Shown here: piece after piece, positions 26,239 through 35,592 of the stretch
Position numbering within the stretch: the stretch's first letter is position 1
Layout of the letters: each line of letters opens with the position of its first letter
Source: Pseudomonadota bacterium
Lineage (GTDB): Bacteria; Bdellovibrionota_B; Oligoflexia; Oligoflexales; CAIMVM01
NCBI GenBank assembly: GCA_037142195.1
Contig: JBAXBA010000001.1
Coordinates: 160,001-224,000, forward strand
Reading direction: 5' to 3'
DNA: 64,000 nucleotides
Notes under the pieces: model-generated
The model's database searches: none
Told to the model about the DNA's origin: nothing
Seen by the model: the letters and a program-made list of their open reading frames with translations, nothing else
Position numbers and translations under genes: made by a program

Positions 26239-27216
26239 ATGTCTGAGTTTAGCGAACATACAAAGCTCATAGGAATGGAAGTTTTAAATGCGGAAGCTTC
26301 GGCTCTCATAAAAGCAGCCAGTATGATTTCAGATTCTTTTGCTCTCGCAGTTGAAAAGATACTCAGCATACAAGGTAAAGTAGTTTTATCTGGCCTTGGA
26401 AAGTCCGGACACATCGCAAGAAAATTGGCGGCAACTATGGCGTCAACAGGGACTCCAGCCTTCTATCTTCATCCAGGTGAAGCAATGCACGGCGATCTCG
26501 GGGTACTTCAAAAAGGTGATTTGCTGTTAGCGATAGCCTATTCTGGCGAAACCATCGAACTCATTGAGGTGGCAAAATATGCCAGGCGTAGAGGAGTTTT
26601 TGTAGTATCGATCACAGGAAATCTCCGCTCCAATCTTGCAGACTTAAGTGATGCCGTATTAGATGGATCTATCGATAAAGAAGCCGACGGACTTGGCTTA
26701 GCGCCTACCAACTCCTCCACTGTGGCTTTAGGCTTGGGTGATGCTCTGGCAATAGCCGTTATGCGTCAACGTAAATTTACAGATAATGATTTTGCCGCCT
26801 ATCATCCCGGCGGTAAATTGGGAAAAAGACTGTCTCACGTGAGAGATCAAATGAAGATATTTGATTCCGCTAGTCTTTTATTGCCTAGCGATGACTTTCA
26901 TGGAGCTTTAAAAGCAGTCACCTGTCAAAATTTTGGCATAGCCCCTGTTTTAGATCACAACAAGAACATTGTAGGAACTGTAACTGATGGAGATTTAAGG
27001 CGAGCCCTATTGAAATATGGGGCTGAGGCACTCGCTAAAGAGGTTAAGGACCTTATGAACTCAAGACCCAAGACTATTTCTTCCTCCTCCCGATCAGTAG
27101 ACGCAGTTAACGATATGGATCAAAATAAAATAACGTCTTTATTAGTTGTGAGCGACGCCGGCAAACTTGAAGGCATAGTGAGAATGCATGATCTACTTGA
27201 GGCAAAAATTATTTGA
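26239..27216 (+). CDS. kdsD: Arabinose-5-phosphate isomerase (KpsF/GutQ family)
   Basis: GLGKSGHIARK, EAMHGDLG, APTNSST, HPGGKLG, plus a CBS pair. Confidence 0.93.
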   Translation: MSEFSEHTKLIGMEVLNAEASALIKAASMISDSFALAVEKILSIQGKVVLSGLGKSGHIARKLAATMASTGTPAFYLHPGEAMHGDLGVLQKGDLLLAIAYSGETIELIEVAKYARRRGVFVVSITGNLRSNLADLSDAVLDGSIDKEADGLGLAPTNSSTVALGLGDALAIAVMRQRKFTDNDFAAYHPGGKLGKRLSHVRDQMKIFDSASLLLPSDDFHGALKAVTCQNFGIAPVLDHNKNIVGTVTDGDLRRALLKYGAEALAKEVKDLMNSRPKTISSSSRSVDAVNDMDQNKITSLLVVSDAGKLEGIVRMHDLLEAKII

Positions 27217-27802
27217 ATCCTTGAGCCGAGGGCTTAAAGTAAAATATTTATTGCTTTTACTGAGTGCTGTCGGAATTTACCTGTTTTTTTGGAATCATAC
27301 AGATATCCCAAAAGGGGCCTCGACTTCACTAGATGACCAAGTTGTCACAATTACCAAATTAGAATTTGACACCTGGACCCCCCCTTCTGGGAGAGAGACC
27401 TTAAAGGCGGGGCGCTTTGCTGTAGTGGAACCTAATATGATTCAGCTCACTCAGGGGGTGGAAGTGATAGATCATTCACCTTCAAGGAGCTTTGATCAAT
27501 GGAATTCTGAAAGCGCAATAGCTCAGTTTCAGGCAGTCAATTCAGTTCAAGTCTTAAACGGCGCTCAAATTTTAGAGGCCTTTTTTCCAGGGGAAGTCAG
27601 CATAAAAAAAGATGGCACGACATTGACTTCATCAGATGTAAATGCAGACTATAGAACAGATCAGCTATCGAGTGAAAAAAAGACCGAAGCAAGAAGACTT
27701 CAAGACAGCCTTACCTCAGAAAATGGTTTTAAAACCAACTTAAAAACGGGCGATTTCCAATTTATGGGCCCTATGAGCGGGCAAATGGAGAAATTTCCAT
27801 GA
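27188..27802 (+). CDS. LptC-like LPS export protein (true start may be TTG 27221)
   Basis: Single N-terminal TM and beta-rich body; lies between kdsD and lptA. Confidence 0.65.
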   Translation: MIYLRQKLFESLSRGLKVKYLLLLLSAVGIYLFFWNHTDIPKGASTSLDDQVVTITKLEFDTWTPPSGRETLKAGRFAVVEPNMIQLTQGVEVIDHSPSRSFDQWNSESAIAQFQAVNSVQVLNGAQILEAFFPGEVSIKKDGTTLTSSDVNADYRTDQLSSEKKTEARRLQDSLTSENGFKTNLKTGDFQFMGPMSGQMEKFP

Positions 27803-28383
27803 AAACCTTTTTTATATTTCTAATTTTGCTGTCCGGACAGGCGTTTTCGGACCTTCAAGATGATCCTCAGGGCTCACCCGCCGCTCCAGACGCTTCGCCA
27901 GCGCCAAGTCATCCTCCATCCACTTCCCACGAAGAATCTGTCGAGAACCCTAAGTCTAAGGCAGCAACAGGAAAAAAATTAAAGAAAAGCCCCCCCGTCC
28001 TATTTCGATCGGAAACCATGTCCGGCAATCGATTTCAGGGCCATCTGATCCTAAAAGGCAGTGTAAAGATTACCCAAGGCGATCTCATCATTATGTCGGA
28101 TGAAGCGGTTATCGATCAGGATATCCGCCTCGGTACACTTAAAACCATTGTTGCCACAGGAAACGTCTATTTTCAAAGAACGGATGAAGCGTCAGGCAAG
28201 AAAATGACGGCGACGTCCCAATCGGCAACCTATTTGGCTTTGGCCAAAACTATAACTTTTAAAGGAAATGCTTCCATTACCCGTGGGACTGATAAGATTA
28301 ATGGTACAATATTTACATACGATATTGTATCCGGACTGATTAAGGCCCAAAAAGTGGATGGAGTTTTTGAGCAAAATGAATAA
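27799..28383 (+). CDS. lptA: LptA/OstA family LPS transport protein
   Basis: Signal peptide; GSVKITQGD, ATGNVYF and GNASITRG beta-jellyroll patterns. Confidence 0.8.
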   Translation: MKTFFIFLILLSGQAFSDLQDDPQGSPAAPDASPAPSHPPSTSHEESVENPKSKAATGKKLKKSPPVLFRSETMSGNRFQGHLILKGSVKITQGDLIIMSDEAVIDQDIRLGTLKTIVATGNVYFQRTDEASGKKMTATSQSATYLALAKTITFKGNASITRGTDKINGTIFTYDIVSGLIKAQKVDGVFEQNE

Positions 28384-29110
28384 TCGACCTACAGTTCTTC
28401 GAGCAGAAGGACTAACCCGAAGCTTTAAATCGCGAAAGGTTGTGCAAGGAGTTTCCTTTCAGATCCATTCTGGCGAAGTCGTCGGCCTATTGGGTCCGAA
28501 TGGAGCTGGGAAAACAACGAGCTTTTATATGGTCGTGGGTCTTTTGTATCCAGATTCAGGAAGAGTCTTTCTTGGAAACGAAGATATTACAGAGCTTCCT
28601 ATGCATTTAAGAGCAAAAAAAGGGATCAGTTACCTGCCCCAAAGCACCTCCGTCTTTAAAAAAATGTCGGTCGAAGACAATTTGTTGGCCATAATGGAAA
28701 TCACGGGCATTAAAAAAGTGACACATGAGGACCTTTTGGATTCTCTTTTGAAGAAATTTCAAATTGAACACATCGCTAAAACTCAAGGCTCTGCTTTATC
28801 TGGGGGTGAGCGCAGAAGAGTTGAAATTGCTAGAAGTTTGATTATCAACCCTGACTTTCTATTGTTGGATGAGCCATTTGCCGGTGTAGATCCGGTGACT
28901 GTACAAGAAATCATTCAAATTATCGGAAAGCTTGCTAAAGAAGGACTTGGAGTTTTAATAACCGACCACAACGTCCGCGAAACTCTTGAGAGTTGCCACA
29001 GAAGTTATGTTCTATCAGGCGGAAAAATAATTGCTGATGGATCCCCTCAGGAAATAGCAGAAAATTCATTAGTACGCGAAATTTATCTCGGCGAAAATTT
29101 TAAACTCTAG
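28376..29110 (+). CDS. lptB: LPS export ABC ATPase
   Basis: GPNGAGKTTSFYM, LSGGERRR, LDEPFAGVDP and ITDHNVRETL. Confidence 0.96.
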   Translation: MNNRPTVLRAEGLTRSFKSRKVVQGVSFQIHSGEVVGLLGPNGAGKTTSFYMVVGLLYPDSGRVFLGNEDITELPMHLRAKKGISYLPQSTSVFKKMSVEDNLLAIMEITGIKKVTHEDLLDSLLKKFQIEHIAKTQGSALSGGERRRVEIARSLIINPDFLLLDEPFAGVDPVTVQEIIQIIGKLAKEGLGVLITDHNVRETLESCHRSYVLSGGKIIADGSPQEIAENSLVREIYLGENFKL

Positions 29111-29119
29111 GATTTAAAA

Positions 29120-30574
29120 ATGGCAGATATTAGGTTAGTTCAAAAACTTGGTCAAAATCTACTGATCACCCCGCAGCTGCAACAAGCCATTAAACTTTTG
29201 CAACTCTCTCGTCTTGAACTACAAGACTATGTGGAACAGCAGCTTTCAGAAAATCCAACCTTGGAAGAGTCTCCCTCTGAAAACACGGGTGAAGAATCTT
29301 ATGAAGAAATAACGGCCGAAGAACAAATGCGAGAAGAGCTTCGCGAGGCTAATTCCATAGTTGATCCCATTGATCGCTCTGAAGTTGGTGAAGCGGATTG
29401 GGACATTCTGGCTCGCCAGCAGGAGCTAGGTCAGCAGGCAAGTTCGACTAAAAACAGTAAAAACTCAAACGAAGATGTGAATAGTTTTGAAAGTGTTTTA
29501 ACGCGTCCAGAGTCTTTGACAGAGCATCTTGAAGAGCAGTTGAGATTTTTAGATTTAGACGAAAGGGAGTTGGCGCTCGGATTAGAAATCATAGGAAATA
29601 TAGATGAACGCGGATATTTTGCAGCCATTGCGGAAGATATTGCAGATCGCACAGGATGCTCTATTGAAGACTTTGAAGACATGCTTGACATGGTTCAAAG
29701 GCTAGACCCGTTAGGAGTGGGAGCTAGGGATCTAAAGGAATGTTTGTTGATTCAGGTGCGAGCTTTGCAACTTAAAAATGGCATTGTTGAAAAAGTTATC
29801 GAGCATCATATGAAAGATCTGGAAAAACATAACTATCAAGCCATCGCTAAGGGACTTAAAATCACGGAAGATCAAGTCATTGAGTCCGTTGCCAAAATTG
29901 TCGGCCTCGACCCTATTCCTGGAAGACAATTTGGTACGACTTCAGACCAATATATGATACCTGATGTCTATGTATTTAAAGTGGCCGGAAGCTGGGTAGT
30001 GTCGTTAAATGAAGACGGTCTTCCCAAGCTGAAAATTAGCGAGTTTTATAAAGACATGCGCGAAACCAGGCTAAAAAATACTGAAAAAGAATATTTGACT
30101 GATAAGATAAAATCAGCCCAGTGGTTGATAAAATCTATACAACAGCGCCAACAAACCATTCTGAAGGTTACCAATAAAATAGTGGAAAGGCAAAAAGACT
30201 TCTTCGATTTTGGGGTTCAGTTTTTAAAGCCCATGATTCTTAGAGATATTGCTGACGATATTGAAATGCATGAGTCTACGGTTAGCCGCGTAACCACAAA
30301 TAAGTATGTCCACACCCCCCGGGGGATTTTCGAATTGAAATGGTTTTTCAATTCTCCTGTTTCTAAAACGGACGGTGGAGACATTGCAAGCGAAGCGGTA
30401 AAATCGATGATCAAGAAAATTATCGATTCTGAGGAACCAAAGTACCCCCACTCGGATCAAAAATTGGTAGAGCTTCTAGAAAAACAAGGCATTTTGCTAG
30501 CTCGTCGCACAGTTGCTAAGTATAGAGAACAATTAAATATATTTCCTTCCAGCCAAAGAAAACGGATGAAATAG
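29120..30574 (+). CDS. rpoN: RNA polymerase sigma-54 factor
   Basis: TPQLQQAIKLLQL, HESTVSR and RpoN box ARRTVAKYRE. Confidence 0.97.
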   Translation: MADIRLVQKLGQNLLITPQLQQAIKLLQLSRLELQDYVEQQLSENPTLEESPSENTGEESYEEITAEEQMREELREANSIVDPIDRSEVGEADWDILARQQELGQQASSTKNSKNSNEDVNSFESVLTRPESLTEHLEEQLRFLDLDERELALGLEIIGNIDERGYFAAIAEDIADRTGCSIEDFEDMLDMVQRLDPLGVGARDLKECLLIQVRALQLKNGIVEKVIEHHMKDLEKHNYQAIAKGLKITEDQVIESVAKIVGLDPIPGRQFGTTSDQYMIPDVYVFKVAGSWVVSLNEDGLPKLKISEFYKDMRETRLKNTEKEYLTDKIKSAQWLIKSIQQRQQTILKVTNKIVERQKDFFDFGVQFLKPMILRDIADDIEMHESTVSRVTTNKYVHTPRGIFELKWFFNSPVSKTDGGDIASEAVKSMIKKIIDSEEPKYPHSDQKLVELLEKQGILLARRTVAKYREQLNIFPSSQRKRMK

Positions 30575-30578
30575 AGAT

Positions 30579-31454
30579 ATGAAGAAACGTCTTATCGTCA
30601 TAGCGGGCCGATCGGGATCTGGGCTGTCGACAGCCGTAAAGAACCTCGAAGACCGCGGGTATTACGCCATAGATAATCTTCCTATCGACCTTATTTTTGC
30701 AACCGCAGATCTTTTGCAAAATGGCGATTATAAAGACTATCCAGGATTTGCCTTTGGAGTTCATGTAAGAAAGACTCTAAGCGCATCTGACATTGAACGT
30801 AGTACAGCCAAACTGAGAGAAGCTTTCGAGTTTGATTTGGTTTTCTTGGAGGCAACTTCTGAAGTTATCACTCACCGTTATGGCGCAAGTCGTCGCCCCC
30901 ATCCGCTGAGTAAAAAAAGCTTTGATTTAGCCGAATGTATTGCCCTTGAGGCGGAACACTTGGGCCCGCTTAAAGAGGCTGCCGACGTGGTTTTTGACAC
31001 GTCAGATCTATCGCCCTATGTTTTGGCGAAACTGTTAGAGGTTAGATATTCTCACACAACAGAAAAGCGCAACTTGTTGGTTCTTATTCAAAGTTTCGGA
31101 TTTAAACATGGGACCTTGGAGCCAGCAGAAGCTATATTTGACGTTCGTTTCTTACCGAACCCTTTTTTTGTAAAAGAGCTGTCCCATAAGCCGGGAACCG
31201 ATTTAGAGGTCAAGAATTGGTTAAAAAGCGACCCCAGGTTTTCAGAGACCTTGTCGCGCCTCAAAGATTGGCACCAATGGATATTGCCCCACTTTTTAGA
31301 AGATGGCCGAACCTATTACCGAATCGGCATCGGTTGCACGGGGGGGCGACATCGTAGCGTGGCGATGGCCTCAGCCTTGTTTGAAACACTTACTGCGGAA
31401 GCTTCTAGCCAAATCCACTTTACACTTCAGCATCGTGACATCTTAAAGCCATAG
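30579..31454 (+). CDS. rapZ: RapZ/YvcJ family protein with degenerate P-loop
   Basis: IDNLP, RRPHPL, SFGFKHG, FDVRFLPNP and GCTGGRHRSV; follows rpoN. Confidence 0.92.
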   Translation: MKKRLIVIAGRSGSGLSTAVKNLEDRGYYAIDNLPIDLIFATADLLQNGDYKDYPGFAFGVHVRKTLSASDIERSTAKLREAFEFDLVFLEATSEVITHRYGASRRPHPLSKKSFDLAECIALEAEHLGPLKEAADVVFDTSDLSPYVLAKLLEVRYSHTTEKRNLLVLIQSFGFKHGTLEPAEAIFDVRFLPNPFFVKELSHKPGTDLEVKNWLKSDPRFSETLSRLKDWHQWILPHFLEDGRTYYRIGIGCTGGRHRSVAMASALFETLTAEASSQIHFTLQHRDILKP

Positions 31455-31499
31455 GGCTTTTTGATCCGCCAGGATATGCATTTGACTTGGCTGGCCGAT

Positions 31500-31574
31500 C
31501 TATATTGCTGCGCTGGGGCTATATTGCTGCGCTGGGGCTATATTGATGCGCTGGGGCTATATTGCTGCGCCGGG
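31500..31574. repeat. Tandem repeat, 4 x 19 bp (CTATATTGCTGCGCTGGGG)
   Basis: Copies start at 31500, 31519, 31538 (one substitution) and 31557 (diverged end). Confidence 0.95.
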
Positions 31575-31763
31575 CTGCGGCGCAGGGCTGGCCTCTAATG
31601 TCGACTAGGCCCGGCCTCCTAACGAAGTAAGCAGTGAATCTCTAACCGCCCACCATTTAGGCAGCGTCTCCGGATCCCGTCTTTTTACGACAGAAAGAAT
31701 TGATTCCATGGAAAAAAGGCCCAATTTATCCTAATCTTCGTGGACTGAAGAATAGGAAAGCTT

Positions 31764-34631
31764 ATGCAAAATATACAAGAATCTTTAAACTCTAAAATGA
31801 CGTTTTCTAATAGGCATATTGGACCTAATGACAACGAGCAAAAGCAAATGCTCGATGTTTTAGGAATCGAAAGTTTAGATGCGTTGGCAAGAAAAACCAT
31901 TCCCGAAAATATTCAGAAATTTTCTCCCATGGGACTTGGCAAGGGTCTTTCCGAATTTGAAGCCCTTAATGAGCTTCGCCAGAAGGCTAGAAAAAACAAG
32001 ATATTTAAATCTTGGATTGGATGCGGTTATAGAAATGTAATTACACCGTCGCCCATTTCCCGAAACATTTTTGAGAATCCTGGTTGGTATACTCAATATA
32101 CTCCCTATCAGGCGGAAATATCTCAAGGCCGTTTAGAAGCGCTTCTCAATTACCAGACGATGATTTGTGATCTTACGGGACTTGCCGTGGCGAATGCGTC
32201 TTTGCTCGACGAAGGCACGGCTGCCGCTGAAGCGATGGTGATGATGTCAAATCTAAAAAATAAAGACCAGTCGCGATTTTTTTTAGTAGACAGTCAGTGC
32301 CATCCTCAAACGATTGAAGTTGTAAAAACTCGAGCTAAGGCTCTTAAGATATCTATAATCGTAGCAGATCCAGCTAAATTTGTTTTCGAATCTCCAGTTT
32401 TTGGCGCCTTGATTCAGTATCCAGCTACCCATGGGGAGGTTTCGGACTGGACTGATTTTATTGAAAAAGCACACTCCAAGGACGCCTTAGTAGCCTTGGC
32501 AGGTGATGTTATGTCTCTGGTTCTTCTTAAGTCTCCAGGTGCCATGGGAGCAGATATTGCTTTAGGTACGTCCCAAAACTTTGGCGTGCCTATTGGTTTT
32601 GGTGGGCCTCATGCGGCTTATTTTGCCACCAAAAAAGAATATTTGCGCGGCATGCCAGGAAGAATTGTCGGCGTTTCTTTAAATCGCGAAGGAAAGAAGG
32701 CCTACCGTCTTTCTCTTCAAACAAGGGAGCAACATATTCGCCGCGAGAAGGCGACTTCCAATATTTGCACGGCTCAGGCCCTTTTGGCATCTATGGCCTC
32801 CATGTATGCGGTTTATCACGGCCCAGAAGGGTTGAAGCAGATTGCGAATAAAATTCATGCCGCGACCGAGCTTTGGGCATTTGCTATGCGAGCAGCTGGT
32901 TTTCAGATTCTAAATACCAATTTTTTTGATACGGTTTCCGTAAGGCTTTCTCCGTCACGTCTCATTGAGGTTCAAAGTGAAGCCAAAAAGCAGTCGATCA
33001 ACTTGCGTTTTGTGGACCATGAGACACTCGCGGTTTCGTTTGATGAGTCCACCAAGATAAGCGATCTAGAGGATCTTCTTTCTCTGTTCGACAAGATGAT
33101 AAAGCTCCAAGATTTTATGTCCCGAGCGCCTAGCCTAGACAAGAATCTTTTACGTCAGGACCCCGTTTTAACACATCCTGTTTTTAATCAATACCATTCT
33201 GAAACAGAGCTTTTGAGATATATCAAACGCCTAGAGTCAAGAGACCTCTCCCTCACCCACTCGATGATTCCTTTGGGCTCATGTACGATGAAGTTAAATG
33301 CAGCCAGCGAGCTTTATCCGGTTAGTTGGCCAGAGTTTTCTAGTCTGCATCCTGGTGTCCCAATAGATCAAAGTGAAGGTTATTTGGAGATGCTTTCTGA
33401 GCTAGAAGAGATGCTTTGTAAGGTTACTGGCTTTGATGCCGTATCTCTTCAGCCCAATTCTGGTGCCCAGGGGGAATATGCGGGCCTTCTCGTGATTATG
33501 AAATACCATGAAAGCCGCAAGGAATCGTTTCGAAACATCTGCTTAATCCCTTCTTCTGCACATGGAACCAATCCCGCTTCTGCAGCTCTTGCGGGTATGA
33601 AAGTTGTGGTCACGAAGTGTGATGCCGACGGCAATGTGGACCTTCAGGATTTGAAGGCAAAAGTGGAAGAACATCGCGCCCATCTTGCGGCACTCATGGT
33701 GACCTACCCGTCTACTCACGGGGTTTTTGAAGAAGAAATTAGAGATATTTGTAAGGTAGTTCATGATGGTGGTGGGCTAGTTTATATGGATGGTGCGAAC
33801 CTAAATGCCCAGCTTGGACTTTGCAAAGGGGGAGAATTTGGGCCTGATGTTTGTCATATGAACTTGCATAAAACCTTTTGTATTCCCCATGGGGGAGGCG
33901 GACCGGGCATGGGGCCGATTGCCGTTACATCTCGACTTAAAGACTTTCTTCCCCAACACACTTTTGCCGAAACGGGCGGACAAGATGCCATAGGCCCCGT
34001 TTCCAGCGCTCCTTGGGGCTCTGCGTCTATACTTCCCATATCTTGGATGTATATTCGCATGATGGGAGATGAGGGTCTAAAGAAGGCCACTCAAGTGGCG
34101 ATTCTCAATGCAAATTACATGGCGCATCGACTTGATCCTTATTTTCCGGTCCTTTATCGCGGTAAGTCGGGCCTTGTGGCTCACGAGTGCATTGTGGACC
34201 TGCGACAGTTTAAAGCGACAACGGGCATCGAGGTTGAAGACGTAGCGAAAAGACTTATGGATTATGGATTTCATGCGCCAACGGTGTCTTTTCCGGTTCC
34301 CGGAACCCTCATGATTGAGCCGACAGAGTCTGAGAATAAGATTCAATTGGATCGATTTATAGATGCCATGATCGGTATTAGGAAAGAAATCGATGGCATT
34401 TCGTCTGGCAAGTTTACCAAAGAATCAAACCCCCTTAAAAATGCCCCTCATACCGCAGGAGCGGTCACAGCATCGGCTTGGGATTATGCCTATTCTAGAG
34501 AGGAGGCCGCCTTTCCGGCTCCTTGGATACGCGAAGCAAAATTCTGGCCGTTTACGTCGCGAATTGATGGCGCTTATGGGGATCGAAATCCAGTATGTAC
34601 CTGCCCTCCCCTTGAGTCCTATGAGGAATAG
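31764..34631 (+). CDS. gcvP: Glycine dehydrogenase (single-chain P protein)
   Basis: YTPYQAEISQGRLE, KATSNICTAQ, PLGSCTMK and NLHKTF (PLP Lys). Confidence 0.98.
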   Translation: MQNIQESLNSKMTFSNRHIGPNDNEQKQMLDVLGIESLDALARKTIPENIQKFSPMGLGKGLSEFEALNELRQKARKNKIFKSWIGCGYRNVITPSPISRNIFENPGWYTQYTPYQAEISQGRLEALLNYQTMICDLTGLAVANASLLDEGTAAAEAMVMMSNLKNKDQSRFFLVDSQCHPQTIEVVKTRAKALKISIIVADPAKFVFESPVFGALIQYPATHGEVSDWTDFIEKAHSKDALVALAGDVMSLVLLKSPGAMGADIALGTSQNFGVPIGFGGPHAAYFATKKEYLRGMPGRIVGVSLNREGKKAYRLSLQTREQHIRREKATSNICTAQALLASMASMYAVYHGPEGLKQIANKIHAATELWAFAMRAAGFQILNTNFFDTVSVRLSPSRLIEVQSEAKKQSINLRFVDHETLAVSFDESTKISDLEDLLSLFDKMIKLQDFMSRAPSLDKNLLRQDPVLTHPVFNQYHSETELLRYIKRLESRDLSLTHSMIPLGSCTMKLNAASELYPVSWPEFSSLHPGVPIDQSEGYLEMLSELEEMLCKVTGFDAVSLQPNSGAQGEYAGLLVIMKYHESRKESFRNICLIPSSAHGTNPASAALAGMKVVVTKCDADGNVDLQDLKAKVEEHRAHLAALMVTYPSTHGVFEEEIRDICKVVHDGGGLVYMDGANLNAQLGLCKGGEFGPDVCHMNLHKTFCIPHGGGGPGMGPIAVTSRLKDFLPQHTFAETGGQDAIGPVSSAPWGSASILPISWMYIRMMGDEGLKKATQVAILNANYMAHRLDPYFPVLYRGKSGLVAHECIVDLRQFKATTGIEVEDVAKRLMDYGFHAPTVSFPVPGTLMIEPTESENKIQLDRFIDAMIGIRKEIDGISSGKFTKESNPLKNAPHTAGAVTASAWDYAYSREEAAFPAPWIREAKFWPFTSRIDGAYGDRNPVCTCPPLESYEE

Positions 34632-34744
34632 GCCAGAGGGAGGCTTTGAGCCAAATTTATAGTTGAGCCTAAGCGCGGTATTTTATTTACTCGCCTGCTC
34701 AGATGCTCGGGACGCCCCAAATAGCCGCGAGTTCAGGAGTCGAA

Positions 34745-35530
34745 ATGAATTTTGGATTGCAGAACAAAAGAGTGCTCGTTTGCGGAGGAAGCGGTGGGAT
34801 CGGCTTTGCCGTGGCCAAGGTTTTTAGGGAAGAAGGCGCTCACGTCACGATTTTTTCTCGAAATGAAGGGAAAATAAAGGAAGCCTTGAGCGCCCTAGGT
34901 CAGGATCCGTTAAAAACCGACTATTTGGTCGCAGACTTTTCTAACCCTTCTGAAGTGGAAAAAACGCTTTCCCAGTATTTGTCGAATCACCCAGGATTTG
35001 ACATTCTCGTGAACAATACGGGCGGTCCGCCGCCGGGACCTGCGGCCATGGCCGATGTGGAGGAGTTTCAGGCCGCTTTTTCTCAACACCTGATTTGCAA
35101 TCATATCATTACAAAAAAACTCATTCCCCACATGTCTCAACAAAAGTTTGGGCGAGTTATCAACATCATTTCCACATCGGTGAAACAGCCTCTGGAAAAT
35201 CTTGGTGTCTCTAATACGGTACGAGGAGCAGTGGCGAATTGGGCTAAAACTCTAGCCAATGAATTAGGTCCGGTCGGAATCACGGTAAACAATGTTCTCC
35301 CAGGCGCCACAGAAACAGGCCGACTGAGTCAAATATTGGAACGCAAGGCTAAAGCCAAGGCGATGTCTGTGGAAGAGTGGGCCCATTTCGAAAAAAGCCA
35401 TATTCCCCTGCGTCGATTTGGCCGACCAGAGGACATTGCTAATGCAGTCGTTTTTTTGGCAAGCGAAGCCGCATCTTATATTACCGGCACCAATCTTACA
35501 GTCGACGGGGGGCGGACGTCGTCACTGTAA
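34745..35530 (+). CDS. Atypical SDR oxidoreductase at the head of the kynurenine cluster
   Basis: GGSGGIG, ILVNNTGGP, SNTVR in place of YxxxK; AGGAG RBS before ATG 34745. Confidence 0.88.
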   Translation: MNFGLQNKRVLVCGGSGGIGFAVAKVFREEGAHVTIFSRNEGKIKEALSALGQDPLKTDYLVADFSNPSEVEKTLSQYLSNHPGFDILVNNTGGPPPGPAAMADVEEFQAAFSQHLICNHIITKKLIPHMSQQKFGRVINIISTSVKQPLENLGVSNTVRGAVANWAKTLANELGPVGITVNNVLPGATETGRLSQILERKAKAKAMSVEEWAHFEKSHIPLRRFGRPEDIANAVVFLASEAASYITGTNLTVDGGRTSSL

Positions 35531-35592
35531 ACATTTTGCTCGCGAGCTTTTTCACAAAGTCTCGGTAGGGCGGCTTCCATAAAGAGGACTCG

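Noticed and set aside
31500..31574. 19-bp repeats as a CRISPR array or sigma-54 promoter
   Set aside because: The copies are head-to-tail with no spacers, and TGGC/TTGC spacing does not fit the -24/-12 consensus.
31575..31700. Canonical glycine riboswitch or HDV-like ribozyme
   Set aside because: GGAGA and CUCUCAGG aptamer motifs are absent; GCCTCCT is present but the P3 closing strand of an HDV fold is not.
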